Assembly (NCBI GenBank): GCA_964016885.1
Contig: OZ024761.1
Coordinates: 2,046,001-2,110,000 of the forward strand
DNA: 64,000 nt
Source: Eledone cirrhosa
Taxonomy: Eukaryota
Direction of reading: 5' to 3'
The notes under the pieces are model-generated. The model was not told the origin of the DNA. It saw nothing but the letters and a program-made list of their open reading frames with translations, and ran no database searches. Of this stretch, positions 11,960-24,479 are shown in pieces; the first letter of the stretch is position 1, and the number at the start of each line of letters is the position of its first letter. Made by a program: the position numbers and the translations under genes.

Positions 11960-12870
11960 TGACATTAAGAACCCCACAAATCCCAACCCACCCTCATCTC
12001 CAGGAGCACCCTAAGAGGGTGCTCCTTTCTCCCTCCATCTTTCCAACCTACAGGTGCATGCTCAAAGTGGGCCCATTCACACAGGCCACTCTCGCAACAA
12101 TCACCCACCGTTTAATGGGACTCTCTGCACCATTATCTTCATTTCCAAGTGGAACTTGAAAAAGTTGACAAGGTCTTGACTGAAGAGGTAAGTGTCTGTC
12201 TGCAGACTTTTCAGTCACATCCACCACACAATCTCTTTCACTACAGCTATCAGACACAGGAAAACTGCCTGCTCTTCCTGGTCAAAAAGGTGGCGGGGCG
12301 ATCTTCTCTATGGACTCGGTTGATAGCTGGATCCATTCTACAAGTGACAATAGTTGTTTGACATAACACCTTAAGTCACAAATACATGATCACTGGACGA
12401 GTGCATGCAAAACGGTTTTGACGCTCTACGCGCATCTCGGGCAGTTCCATCTGACAGCACTACTGTGCTTATAGAGTTTATCTCAAACCAGCAGGGCTCC
12501 CTAGTAACACTGCCAAGCAACGGATTTCTGGAAATTGTTCACAGTCCTCGGCTCGAAAGTCCTCTGGAAAAGACTGGCTAGTTCATTCTCATTGATGTCT
12601 AGAATCTCACCACTAATCCTCTATAGAACTCTAGTGTGGAAGTTCCATTCTGACTCTGAGTGAGAGTGGCTACCCTGATCGTCACCTCGTCCCAATTCTT
12701 ATCCACCTGGAGGTCTGGTCCGAACCAAACCCCGAGCAACTTTACCGGTCCATCTGTCCAGCACCCTACGACGCTGTTGGACAACATGGACTTGCCTTTC
12801 CAGGTGCCAAGCTGCAAGCCCACTGACTTTTCCCGGCTAGGTTTCGCTCCCGTCAACTTTTCACATTTCT
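11960..12870 (-). mobile_element. Old, internally deleted Tx1-family fragment
   Basis: KSVGLQLGTWKGK...GPVKLLGVWFGPDLQVDKNW, homologous to copy A/B ORF2. Confidence 0.85.
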
Positions 12871-13131
12871 CTTTTCATATTCCTTAGAATTTGCAGCACG
12901 TAACTCTATGCTGCAAATTATAATAACAATAATAATTGTTTCTACTTTTGGCACAAGGCCAGCAATTACCCAGTACATTACTGGTACTTTATTTTATCGA
13001 CCCTGTAAGGATGAAAGGCAAAGTTAACCTTGGCGGAATAATAACAACAATAATAATTAGAGATGTTGGCAGGAATAAGTGGCTGAAGAAGAAGATTTAC
13101 AAGTGCCAAATGTGAATAATTTAGGACTTAC

Positions 13132-13308
13132 CAGAATACAGTAGGAATTATTTTGGGTGTCTTGGAGAACAGTGGAGACATCTTCCAGGTTAACACTGCC
13201 TAGAGTACGGAAGAAATTGGTCTGGAGGTCCTCGTGGCACATAAGTAACTTGTTTTGACTTAGTAACACACAACAACCAATACAACTGTTGGATACTATT
13301 CCACGATT
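13132..13308 (-). CDS. PLEKHM2: PLEKHM2 exon: NRGIVSNSCIGCCVLLSQNKLLMCHEDLQTNFFRTLGSVNLEDVSTVLQDTQNNSYCIL
   Basis: 177 nt, cag/GTAAGT; matches human CIPCCLVLTDDRLFTCHEDCQTSFFRSLG. Confidence 0.95.
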
Positions 13309-13337
13309 CTGAACAAAGAACAAAAGAAAGATAAATA

Positions 13338-14690
13338 GGTGGTGGTGGTAGTGGTGTAGTGGTGGTGGTGGTGGTGTGGTGGTAGTGGCAGTGGTATGGT
13401 GATGGTGGTGATGGTGTGGTGGTAGTGGTGGTGGTGTGGTGGTAGTGTGGTTGTGGTGGTGGTGGTGTGGTTGTGGTGGTGGTGGTGTGGTGTGGTGGCG
13501 TGGTGGTGCGGTGTGGTGGCGTGGTGGTGATAGTGGTGTGGTTGTGTGGTGGTGGTGTGGTGGTGGTGGTGGTGGTATGGTGATGGTGGTGGTGTGGTGG
13601 TGGTGGTGGTGGTATGGTGATGGTGGTGATGGTGTGGTGGTAGTGGTGTGGTGGTAGTGTGGTGGTGTGGTTGTGGTTGTGGTGGTGTGGTTGTGGTGGT
13701 GGTGTGGTGGTAGTGGTGGTGGTGTGGTGGTAGTGTGGTGGTGTGGTTGTGGTGTGGTGGTGTGGTTGTGGTGGTGATGTGGTGGTGGTGGTGTGGTGGC
13801 GTGGTGGTGCGGTGTGGTGGCGTGGTGGTGGTGTGGTGGTAGTGGTGGTAGTATGGTGATGGTGGTGATGGTGTGGTGGCGGTGTGGTGGTGTGGTTGTG
13901 GTGGTGGTGTGGTGGTGGTGTGGTGCGGTGGCGTGGTGGTGCGGTGTGGTGGCGTGGTGGTGGTGTGGTGGTGATAGTGGTGTGGTTGTGTGGTGGTGGT
14001 GTGGTGGTGGTGGTAGTGGTGGTGGTGGTGATGGTGGTGATGATGGTGGGGTGGTGGTAGTGGTGGTGGTGGTGTGGTGGTGGCAGTGTCGGTGGTGGTG
14101 TTGTGGTAGTGTTGGTGGTGGTAGTGAAGGTGGTGGTGTGGTGATGTGGTGGTGTGGTGATGTGGTGGTGTGGTGATGTGGTGGTAGTGGTGTGGTGGTG
14201 TGGTGATGGTGGGGTGATGGTGGTGGCGGTGTGGTAGTGGTGATTGGGTGATGGTGGTGGTAGTTATGTGGTGATGGTGGTGTGGTGATGTGGTAGTGGT
14301 GGTGGTGTGGTGGTGATGGGGTGATGGTGGTGTGGTAGTGGTGGTGGTGGTGTGATGATGTGGTGGTGGTGTGGTGATGTGCTGTGGTGGTGGTGATGTG
14401 ATGATGTGGTAGTCGTGGTGGTGGTGGTGGTGTGATGATGTGGTGGTGTGGTGTGGTGGTGGTGATGGTAGTAGTGTTGTTGTGTGTTGGTGTGTAGTGC
14501 TGGTGGTAGTGGTGTGTAGTGGTGGTAGTGGTGGTGGTGGTAGTAGTGTTGTTGTGTGTTGCTGTGTAGTGGTGGTGGAAGTGGTGGATTTGCTGTGTAG
14601 TTGTGGTGGTGGTGGTACCTAACCATCACACCACCACCACAACTACACACCACCCCCACCCCCACTACCACAAACCACCCTCACCATCTT
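13338..14690. repeat. (GGT/GT) low-complexity tract filling an entire intron
   Basis: Direct inspection; strand polarity flips to (ACC)n at about 14618. Confidence 0.95.
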
Positions 14691-14696
14691 ACTCAC

Positions 14697-14928
14697 CAGC
14701 ATGACTTCAGAGGCAGCCTGACAGAAGCTCTGTTGCCATTCATTAGCCTCCAATGGTGTAGCAGCAGCGATGTACCAGTAATCACCGTTGGTCAACATAA
14801 TCTCAATAGTGTTCTCCCTATCACTGTCCGTTGCACGGCGACATCCAGTGCAGTCCTCAATACCCATATTAATGAACGCTGATGGTTTGCTGTCTGTCTT
14901 GTTGTTGTACATACACAATGACCCATCC
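14697..14928 (-). CDS. PLEKHM2: PLEKHM2 exon (PH domain): KDGSLCMYNNKTDSKP...CTGCRRATDSDRENTIEI...EANEWQQSFCQAASEVML
   Basis: 232 nt, cag/GTGAGT; CxGCRRA and PH C-terminal helix Trp (EWxQxxCQA) as in human. Confidence 0.95.
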
Positions 14929-14972
14929 CTGAAACAACAACATAACTACCACATTAATAATCTGTGTTTGTA

Positions 14973-15471
14973 TACGAGGGGGCTATAAATAGTTTGTGAA
15001 AAAGGGGCTGTTGGAAAAAACGGTTTAAGTTATGATGTTTATTTTTCAACATAAGCTCCATCTAGGTCAATACACTTCTACAAACGTTGATTTAAGTCCA
15101 TCTGATTTAAACCATGTCAAAGCAGCTTTTTTTACATCTTCAACTGGGGATCATCTTCAACCTCATCTCTTCCACTTCTAAAACGACATCCATTTGTAGG
15201 TTGTTGACTTCTTTGGGACATTGTCCCCATAAACTTGTTACAGAGCATCAATGGTTTGGCTGCTCTTCCACCCGAGCTTCACCATGAATTTGATGGAGGC
15301 CATGTTGCTCGAGTGGGTGCTGACTTCCGACTGGCAACGCCGCATTGCAACATGAAAAGGATTCATGTTAGAACGTGTTATGACACGTTAGTACGAGAAC
15401 GTACAGGTGCATTGAGATCAAAATCACTGCATATGATTTTTAGCTATGTACTTTTTCCATGCACCCTCGTA
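14973..15471 (-). mobile_element. Mariner-type internally deleted DNA transposon
   Basis: TACGAGGG...CCCTCGTA termini flanked by TA; transposase remnant SGRDEVEDDP on the minus strand near 15150-15180. Confidence 0.75.
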
Positions 15472-17524
15472 TAACAACAACAATAACATAAATATATATC
15501 TACCACATTAACATTTCATGTGTGTTTCTATATACATTGTTAGCATCAGATTCAACTACAGAAATTAAATACATGCAATGCTATTGCCATCCTTATTGAC
15601 AGCACTGGTCCCCTAGTGTATAAATATATATAAAAGGAACGATCGACTTTCGTCAAATCGGACCGAGGAAACAATGTTTCCATTGGTCTTTCCAATTGCT
15701 AATACTATCTATCGGTTGCAACTCCAGGTAGAAGGAGCAACGTGAAGTAAAGTGTCTTGCTAAGGATATAGCGCATCACTCGGTCCAGGAATCGAACTCA
15801 CAACTACACGATTGCGAATCCAATTCTTTAACCACTCAGCCACACGCCTTCACTATCATCACCATTTTTTATGTCAGTTCTTCCACGCTAGCATGGGTTA
15901 GACGGGTTGTCCTGTTGTGGGCAGTGTCCAGTCGGCTGACCTTGTTTGCTCGACCTTGTTTTACTCATACGGGAACTGATTCTGGCTTGATTTCTACAGC
16001 TGGATGCCCTTCCTAACACCAACCTTATTTACAGTGAGTGCTGGGTGCTTTTTCCCCTGGCACCTACACGTCCACTTTACAGTGTGGGCTGGGTGCTTTT
16101 TTGCCATGGCACCTCCACGACCACTTTGCAGTGGAATGATAGGGACCCCAGTCCTATCATCTCATTTCTACAGCTGAGTAAACTGGAGCAATGTGAAATA
16201 AAGTGTCTTGCTCAAGGAAACAACACATCACTCACAACCTTTCCATTGCAAGCCCAATGCTCTAACCACTAAGCCATGTGCCTCCATTATATATATACAC
16301 ATTTATATACATATAAAAAAGAAAACTTTTTTCGCTCTACAAGGCTGAATACAATAAATGTAATCTGAGTTTTTCGGATATTAATAATAACATTCGATTC
16401 GTTTGAAATTATGCAAACAACCCTCATTTTTAAAGCCATGTCAGTAGAATGAACCCTTCATTCTTGCTCTTGTGTTGGCAAGTGAACAGAACTGCAGACA
16501 CTAATGTTTCTGGGTATCACCCTTCATCAGTACAGCTCACTGCTCCCCTGCCAAACTGTCAGAGCTAGTGAAAATATATGCTATTTTCAAAAATACACAG
16601 TCACTGCTCGGCCTGATTTGCATATTAGCAGACTGGCTGATCAGTCAGATCTGAATATTAGCAGATCCACTGATCAGCCAAAACCCTTCATTTTTGCCAG
16701 TCTGCTAATATGCAAATCAGGCTGATCAGTTGATCTGCTAATATGCAGATCTGACTGATCAGCCAGTCTGCTAATGTCCATATCAGGCCGATCAATCATG
16801 GCGGTTACAAAGAGGCATAATAATCTAAGAGAAGTAACTATGATAGAAAAAAAGCCAGAGGAGGGGGGGGGGGATATTTATTACTTATAAAGTGACATTG
16901 ATAGAGTAGATGTTAGGTGGTGTGTTGTGGGCCGTAGTTTACAGTCCCAATTAAGTAACTAATTAGGAGCAGCAGTGATTTAGATAATCTGGCTAATCTA
17001 TAGGCAATTTATTAGTTTCAGCTCTATTGTTAATTAGTGTATGAGGGGAGCATCTAATATAATTGTTTCTACTTTTGGCATAAGGCCAGCAATTATCCCA
17101 GTGTATTACTGGTACTTTATTTTATCGACCCTGTAAGGACGAAAGGCAAAGTTAACCTCGGCGGGATTTGAACTCAGACCATAAAGGGCCGTAACTCTAT
17201 GTTGCAAAGCATGACATCAGACCCTCTACCAATACTGCCAATCCACCGCCCTTATATAATATAATTGTTTCTACGTTTTGGCACAAGGCCACCAATTACC
17301 CAGCGCATTACTGGTACTTTATTTTATCGACCCTGTAAGGATGAAAGACAAAGTTAACCTGTAACTCTATGCGTCAAAGCATGGCATCTGACCCTCTACC
17401 GATACTGCCAATCCATATGCTTCCATTAGACATAATTGACATATCTTCTTAAAGTTATAAGAGGTTGCTCTGTCTATTATATTCCATTGGGCCCTTTGCA
17501 CCCTCCGTCCCTATTTGCCTTATG

Positions 17525-18102
17525 TGTTTGTTCCGAGGCCATAGTATCTAGAATAAGGACGGGTTGAAAGAAGTTTAGGGAGCTGCTTCCTCTTCTGTTG
17601 TCAAAGAAAGGTTTCCCCCTGTTTACGAAAGGCCAGTTATATAATGCCTGTGTGAGATGCATGATGCTGCATGGTAGTGAGACATGGGCAGCAACTGCAG
17701 AGGATATGCGATGGCTGGACAGAAATGGAGCAAGCATGCTCCATTGGATGTGCAATGTCAATGTGCGTGAACGACCAAGCATAGATGAGTTGAGAGAGAA
17801 ACTGGGTATAAGAGGGATAAACTGTAGTGTGCGGGAGAGAAGACTGCGTTGGTTTGGACATGTGGTGCGCATGGAGGATGACCGCTGGGTAAAGAAGTGC
17901 CAAGAAATCCCAGTAGAAGGAAGATGCAGTAGAGGAAGACCACGAAAAACATGGGCAGAGGTGGTGAGAGCAGACCTCAGATCGTTGAAGCTCATGGAGG
18001 AGATGACGAAGGACCGTGACAAGTGGAGAGATGCTGTGCCGAATAGGACCCGTCCCACCCTTGCAAGCAGGAAAAAGTGGACATAAAATGATGATGATGA
18101 TG
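17525..18102 (+). mobile_element. RTE subfamily 2, 5'-truncated
   Basis: MLHGSETW...RLRWFGHVVRM...GRPRKTW; (GAT)n tail. Confidence 0.9.
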
Positions 18103-18415
18103 AACTCAGAGTAAAGAGAGCCAGAACAAATAACACAATGCATTATATTTGATGTTCCTATGACTGCCAATTCACTGATTGAAACATGGTGTAGGTGTAA
18201 ATATTAAAACATTTTTCACCACTTAAGATGAAGACAAGTTCCAAAAGGTCAATGAATTTACAGGAAGAAGAAAAACAGAAAGGAGGAGGAGGAGGAGAAA
18301 TAAAACAACTTTGTATCATAGAACCAGGATTAGTTTCCGGGGGTTTAGTATCAAAAGGGTTAAAACATATTTACAAAAAAACAAAAATCAAAGCAATTAT
18401 GCTGAGTCAACTTAC

Positions 18416-18579
18416 TTGAGGATGAAGTATCCTGGTTTCCACATGAACCCACGGAAGTAGTCATGGTAACGATGGAGAAGGTACCCCTCTTTGTAGGTCC
18501 ATTCTGCTTGGTTGTTGCAAGTTGACTGAGCGTCCTCCCAGTGTATCAGCTGGTAACTATGAAGTTCCACATCATACAT
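18416..18579 (-). CDS. PLEKHM2: PLEKHM2 exon (start of canonical PH domain): MYDVELHSYQLIHWEDAQ...YKEGYLLHRYHDYFRGFMWKPGYFIL
   Basis: 164 nt, tag/GTAAGT; LIHWED and KEGxL..WK motifs as in human; absent from the ORF track. Confidence 0.92.
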
Positions 18580-18813
18580 CTACAAAATACACAAATTTTT
18601 TTTTTTTTCACTTTTTAGACATTCTCACGCAAAAACTGAGATATTCCAAACTCTAATGAATAGATGCTGAAAACTGCAGCCTAAACTAACTATAACTAGA
18701 TGACATTTGATGGAAGGAAGTTTAACTAGATAAAGTTTGATGGAAAGAAAAAGAAAGAGAAAGAAAGAAAGGAAAAAAGCCAGTAGGTAAGTAGATAGGT
18801 AGATAGATAGATA

Positions 18814-19196
18814 TATTTCTTTATTAGCCACAGGGGCACAAAAGAAGGGGACAAATACAAAGGGGGAAGTTTACATACAATAAAAACGTGTAAAATGTTA
18901 TCACAGATGGAATTTAAAAGTTAGTTGATTTTCCCCAATAGAGGGAGACAGTTTATATGGGTAACACATAGCCCCGAAAAAAAATGTGCAACCCTCATCT
19001 CCAGGAGTACGAAGAGCTTGTACTCCTTTCCTCTCCTCCTCCTTTTCCTCAACCTACAGGCTGATATAGAGAGAAGGCCCATTCACTCGGGCCATTCTCG
19101 CCACTTTCACCCACCTTTCATAAAACTTGCTGGGGTACAGCACCCCTCTCTCCATCCTGATTCTTCTTCCAAAGTGGTATTTGAAAAAAAGAATCA
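18814..19196 (-). mobile_element. Heavily 5'-truncated Tx1 copy C (3' end nearly identical to copy A)
   Basis: Matches about 21077-21457 almost base for base; GATA/GGTA repeats on both sides. Confidence 0.9.
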
Positions 19197-19445
19197 GATA
19201 GGTAGATAGATAGATAGGTATGTAGGTAGAGAGACAGGTAGGTAGATAGATAGGTAGGTAGGTAGGTAGTTAGACAGACAGGTAGATTGATAGACGGGTA
19301 GGTAGGTAGACAGGTAGATAGACAGACAGGTAGATTGATAGACAGGTAGATTGATAGACAGGTATCTAGGTAGATAGGTAGATATTCAGACAGGTAGATA
19401 GATAGATAGATAGACAGGTAGGTAAGTAGACAGGTAGATAGATAA

Positions 19446-21050
19446 CTTTCTTTATTTGCCACAAGGGCGCACAAAAAAGGGGGACAATACAAGGACGCAT
19501 GCTGGGGATTTACATACAATTTGTGTAAAAATATTAACAACAAATAAATAAATTTAAACAAACAAAATCCCCAATAGAGGGGAGGGGTTACAATGGGTTG
19601 CTTTATACCCCGTAGATAGAACAACCCTCAACTTCAGGAGCATGTTGTGCAAGTGCTCCTTTCTTCCTTTTTCTCTCTTCTTTAACCTACAGGCTTATAA
19701 ACAGAGAAGGCCCAAACACTCGGGCCATTTTCGTTTCATTCACCCACCTTTCAGTAAATTTACTGGGGTGCAGTACCTCTCTCTCCACTCTGATTCTCCT
19801 TCTAAAGTGGTACCTAAAGAAGGGAATGAGTTGTTGTCCAGAGAGAAAGGCATCTGTCCTCAGTCCTCTTTCACCATAGCCACTATATAGAGGAAAACCG
19901 CCTTTCTTTCGTTTTTGAAAGAAGTTGGCGGTTTGATCCTTACTATGGACTCGGCAGTCAACTGGATTTGTCCCATACGCGACAGCAGTTGTTCTGCGTA
20001 GTTCTACAAGTCGGTTATGCCCAGACAGTGTACAATTGCGTGCAGGACGGTTTCAATGTCCTGCCCGCATCTTCGACATGTCCTCTTGGAAGGATCCCTG
20101 CCGGGGCGTCCGTGTCTGTAGATCTTGTCACGAACTGGTAGAGCTCCTCAGTGGCACTGCCAGGCCAGGGACCTTTGGAAGTTGTCCATAGGTCCCGAGC
20201 GCAAAGTCCTACCAAATGGACTGGTGAGCTCGTCGTCTTCGACGCATAGAGTCTCTCCGAGCACGTCGTCACCCTTGTGACGTACTAACCCTCTATAGAA
20301 TGTCGAAGTGGAGTCTCCACTGATTGCTGTGCCCGCTTGACAGAGGACTGTGAGCGCCTGAGCGCATTCAATGTGCCAGGCACCCATCTTCTTCAGTCTC
20401 CGCTTGACCCAGGACTGCAGCTCCGGCAGCGAGACAAGTTGCGGGAAGGCCTGTTTCACAAACGGGGCCCACACTGGTTGGGGGTCAGTGAGGAATACCT
20501 GTAGATACCGTAACCTCAGCGCATGCTTGTGCATCATCAGCCACGGCATTCCCAGCCCTCCGTTGGAAGGGTGCTGACAGCAGACGGATCTCCTCACCAG
20601 TGGAGCCTGCTTCTTCTAAAGGAACTGGAAGAGCCTGCGTTCCATCTTGGTGAGGTGTTCACGAGGACAAGGCATGATGGTCAAGCGGTAGTAGATGACG
20701 GATGCTATGAAAGTGTTCGCCACCTCCGCTCGACCTTTCAAGGATAGTTTCCACCCTGCCCAGTTCTGGGTGAGCACAAATACCTTGGCCGTGACCTCGT
20801 TCCAGTTTTTCTCCACCTGGAGGTCCGGACTGAGCCAGATCCCGAGCAATTTCACTGGTCCGTCCATCCAGCGTCCGATGACGCTGTTGGACGGCATCAG
20901 TTTTCCTCTCCACGTTCCGAGTTGCAAACCGACAGACTTGTCCGGGTTCAGTTTTGCTCCTGTGAGCCTTTTGTATTCCTGCAGTAAGTTGTTGATTGCC
21001 CCGATTTCTGACGCAATTACTGTCACATCGTCGGCATAAGCCGACACTGA
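19446..21050 (-). mobile_element. 5'-truncated Tx1-clade copy B (related subfamily)
   Basis: SAYADD through C-terminal region homologous to copy A ORF2; (GATA)n at both junctions. Confidence 0.9.
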
Positions 21051-21199
21051 CAGATAGATAGATAGGTGGATAGATATGTTTCTTTATTAGCCACAGGGGC
21101 ACAAAAGAAGGGGACAATACAAAGGGGGAAGTTTACATACAATAAAAACGTGTAAAATGTTATCACAAATGTAATTTAAAAAGTTAGTCGATTTTCCCC

Positions 21200-24100
21200 A
21201 ATAGAGGGAGACAGTTTATATGGGTAACACATACCCCCCCAAAAATGTGCAACCCTCATCTCCAGGAGTACGAAGAGTTTGTACTCCTTTCCTCTCCTCC
21301 TCCTTTTCCTCAACCTACAGGCTGATATAGAGAGAAGGCCTATTCACTCGGGCCATTCTCGCCACTTTCACCCACCTTTCATAAAACTTGCTGGGGTACA
21401 GCACCTCTCTCTCCATCCTGATTCTTCTTCCAAAGTGGTATTTGAAAAAAAGAATCAGTTGTTGGCCGGAGAGAAAGGTGTCTGACCTCAGCCCTTTCAA
21501 CCTTGTTCACCATACAACCTCTTTCGCCATAGCTATCACACAATGGAAAACCGCCTCTCCTTCATTTTTGAAGGAGGGTGGCGGTTTGATCAGGACAATG
21601 GACTCGGTGGTCAACCGGATTGGTCCCACCCACGACAATAGTCATTCTACATAGCCCCACAGATCAGTGACGCCCGGGCACTGTATGAATGCGTGCGTGA
21701 CAGTTTCTTCGTCTCGCACGCACCTCGGACAGATCTTTTTTGCAGGGTCCCTGCCCGGGCGCCCATGTCTGTAAAGCTTGTCTCGAACTGGTAGAGCTCC
21801 TCGGTAGCACTGCCAGGCCAGGGACTTTTGGAAGTTGTCCATCGGTCCCGGGCGGAAGGTCCTACCGAACAGACTGGCCAGTTCATCTTCCTCTACGCCT
21901 AGAGTTTCACCGAGCGCATCGTCGCACTTGCTGCGGATCAACCCTCTATAGAATGTCGAGGTGGAGTCTCCACTGATCGCCGGGTCCGCCTGCCAGAGGG
22001 CTGTGAGCGCCTGAGCACACTCGATGTGCCAGTCGCCCATTTTCCTCGGTCTTTGCTTGACCCAGGACTGCAGCTCGGTCAGCGAGATGAGTCGTGGGAA
22101 GGCTCACCTCACGAACGGGGCCCACGCCGGTTGTCCGGTGAGGAATACGTAGAGATTCCGCAGCCTGAGCGCGTGTTTGTGCCTCGTCAACCACGACATC
22201 CCCAGCCCTCCGTTAGAAGGGTGTTGGCAGCAGATGGATCTTCTCACCAAAGGAGCCCGCCTCTTCCAAAGGAATCGGAAGAGCACGCGGTCCATTTTGG
22301 CAAGCGTTTTGGCTGGACAAGGCACGACGGTCAAGCGGTAGTAGATGGCAGATGCTATAAAAGTGTTCGCCACCTCCGCTCGACCTTTCAAGGATAGTTT
22401 GCACTCGGCCCACTTCTGGGTGAGTGCAAACACCTTGGCCGTCACTTCGTTCCAGTTCTTCTCCACCTGGAGGTCCGGACCAAACCAGACCCCGAGCAGC
22501 TTTACCGGTCCTTCCGTCCAGCGCCCGACGACGCCATCGGAAGGCATCGGTTTGCCTCTCCACGATCCGAGTTGCAAACCGATGGACTTGTCCCGGTTCT
22601 GCTTCGCTCCTGTGAATCTTTCGTATTCCTTCAGTAAGGTGCCGACTTCCTCGATTTGCGAGGCGCTCGACACCATTACTGTCACGTCGTCGGCGTAGGC
22701 CGACGCCGCTTTCCGCAGTCCCGGTTCCAGAGGGATGCCCTGCAATAGCTCCAGCTTCCGCAGTAGTGGCTCGAGAGTCAGTACGTACAGAAGGGAGGAG
22801 AGAGGGCATCCCTGTCGAATGGATCGCGTAATATGGAACGGCTCCGAGAGGTAGCCGTTCACCTTGACCCTTGAGCAGATGTTGCTGTTGTGCATTGCAG
22901 CAATCCAGTCCTTGAACACGGGTCCGAAGCCTGCCACCTCGAGCACCGCACCAGGTAACGATGGTCAACCCTATCGAAAGCCTTAGACTGATCCAAGTTG
23001 ATCAGGGCCCCACTGAAGCCGGGTTTACACCCTACCCTCTCTATGATGTATCGCATGAGGTGGAGGTTGTCGTGTATGGACCTGGTCGGGATTGCGTATG
23101 TCTGCGCTTCTCCCACCAGGTTCTCGACGACAAGCACCAGCCTCTTTGCCAACACCTTGGCCAAAATCTGTAACTCTGTGTTTAGCAGAGTTATGGGCCG
23201 GAAGTTGCCTATATCATCCGCCTTATTCTCGTCCTTCCTGATTAGTGTGACCATGCCCCCGGTTACAGAACTGGGAATTCTCCCGTTCTGTTGCCAGTTG
23301 CAGTAGACCGCTTCCAGGAGACCGGAGAATAAGTCCGGCATTGCTACGTAAAATTCATAGGGTAGACCGTCGAGACCTGGAGATTTGTGTTTGCCGCATT
23401 GGCTCAGCGCATCCCCTATCTCAGCAGCTGAAATCGGCTTTTCGCAGAACTTTGCCTCGCTGTTCGAGACTTGCGGTAGGCCTTCGAGGTATGGACCGAA
23501 ATCCATAGCCTCTCTCGGCGCACCGCCCCTCCCGAACAGTTGAGCAATGTGCCGCTGAAAAGCTGCACACATCTGCTTCGGCTCACGTATCACGCGTCCG
23601 TTTTGGTCCTTCAAAGACCAAATCGTGGACTTGTTGCCACTTTTTGCCTCCGTCACTCGGGCCCAGCTAACAGCTTTGGCTCCCTCGTTTCCCAGAGCAC
23701 GTATTTTGCTTCTGACAACGCAGCCCTCGTGCTTTGCGTCGAAGAACTGGTCCAAGGCTGTTCTCGTTGCTAGCACTAGTTTGTGACCTGAATAGGCAAC
23801 CATGAACATTTGTGGACAGCTTAACATGTCCCTATCCTTATTTCTAACTAGAACCCTATCTAGGTACAATCTAGATGTTCCGCTGCGATTAGTCCACGTC
23901 CACAGTGGCGCAGTCGGAAAATCTAGTCGATATCTATCGGCCAGGTCAAATCGGTCGATTAACTGTTTGAGGCTGTTACACCCCCCTTTATCGGGACATG
24001 CTTCCACATAGTCCCAACGTGCATCTAGGATTCCATTCCAATCCCCCACTAAAAGCAAGGAGCGGGACGTTCCCAGAAAAGTCTCTAGACGTTTGAAGAA

Positions 24101-24463
24101 GTCTGGCCACGGTGTCCCGGATGGGGCATATGCGGCCACCAGTCTGAAGGCTCCACCTTCACTACCGTCAACGTCTAGGACCACCAGTCGACCCTCCGGG
24201 TCCAGATGTACCGTCTGTGTTACAAGGCCTAGGTGTTTCCGCAGCAAAACAGCAACTCCGCCCCTACCCCCCGGTTGACAGAGAGATGCATAGATCTCAA
24301 AGTCATCGAAGATGGGGGCCAGCTGTCGCTCGCTGTGGATCCTGGACTCGCAAATGGCTACCACATCCATACTGTGCGACCTGAGGTCGTTTAAGAGTTT
24401 GCCCTGTTTCCAGGGCATCCCCAGGCCGCGTACGTTCACACATCCAACTCTTATATTGGCCAT
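21200..24463 (-). pseudogene. Tx1 ORF2 (APE-RT-zf), frameshifted, with a probable linker deletion
   Basis: NVRGL, GDWN and YLDR (APE); KSPGLDG, FRPITLLN, DQSKAFDRV, RQGCPLS and YADD (RT); CPRC..ETVTHAFIQC; split across ORFs 22859-24463, 22104-22946 and 21642-22040. Confidence 0.92.
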
Positions 24464-24479
24464 GTTGGTGCTGAAAAGT

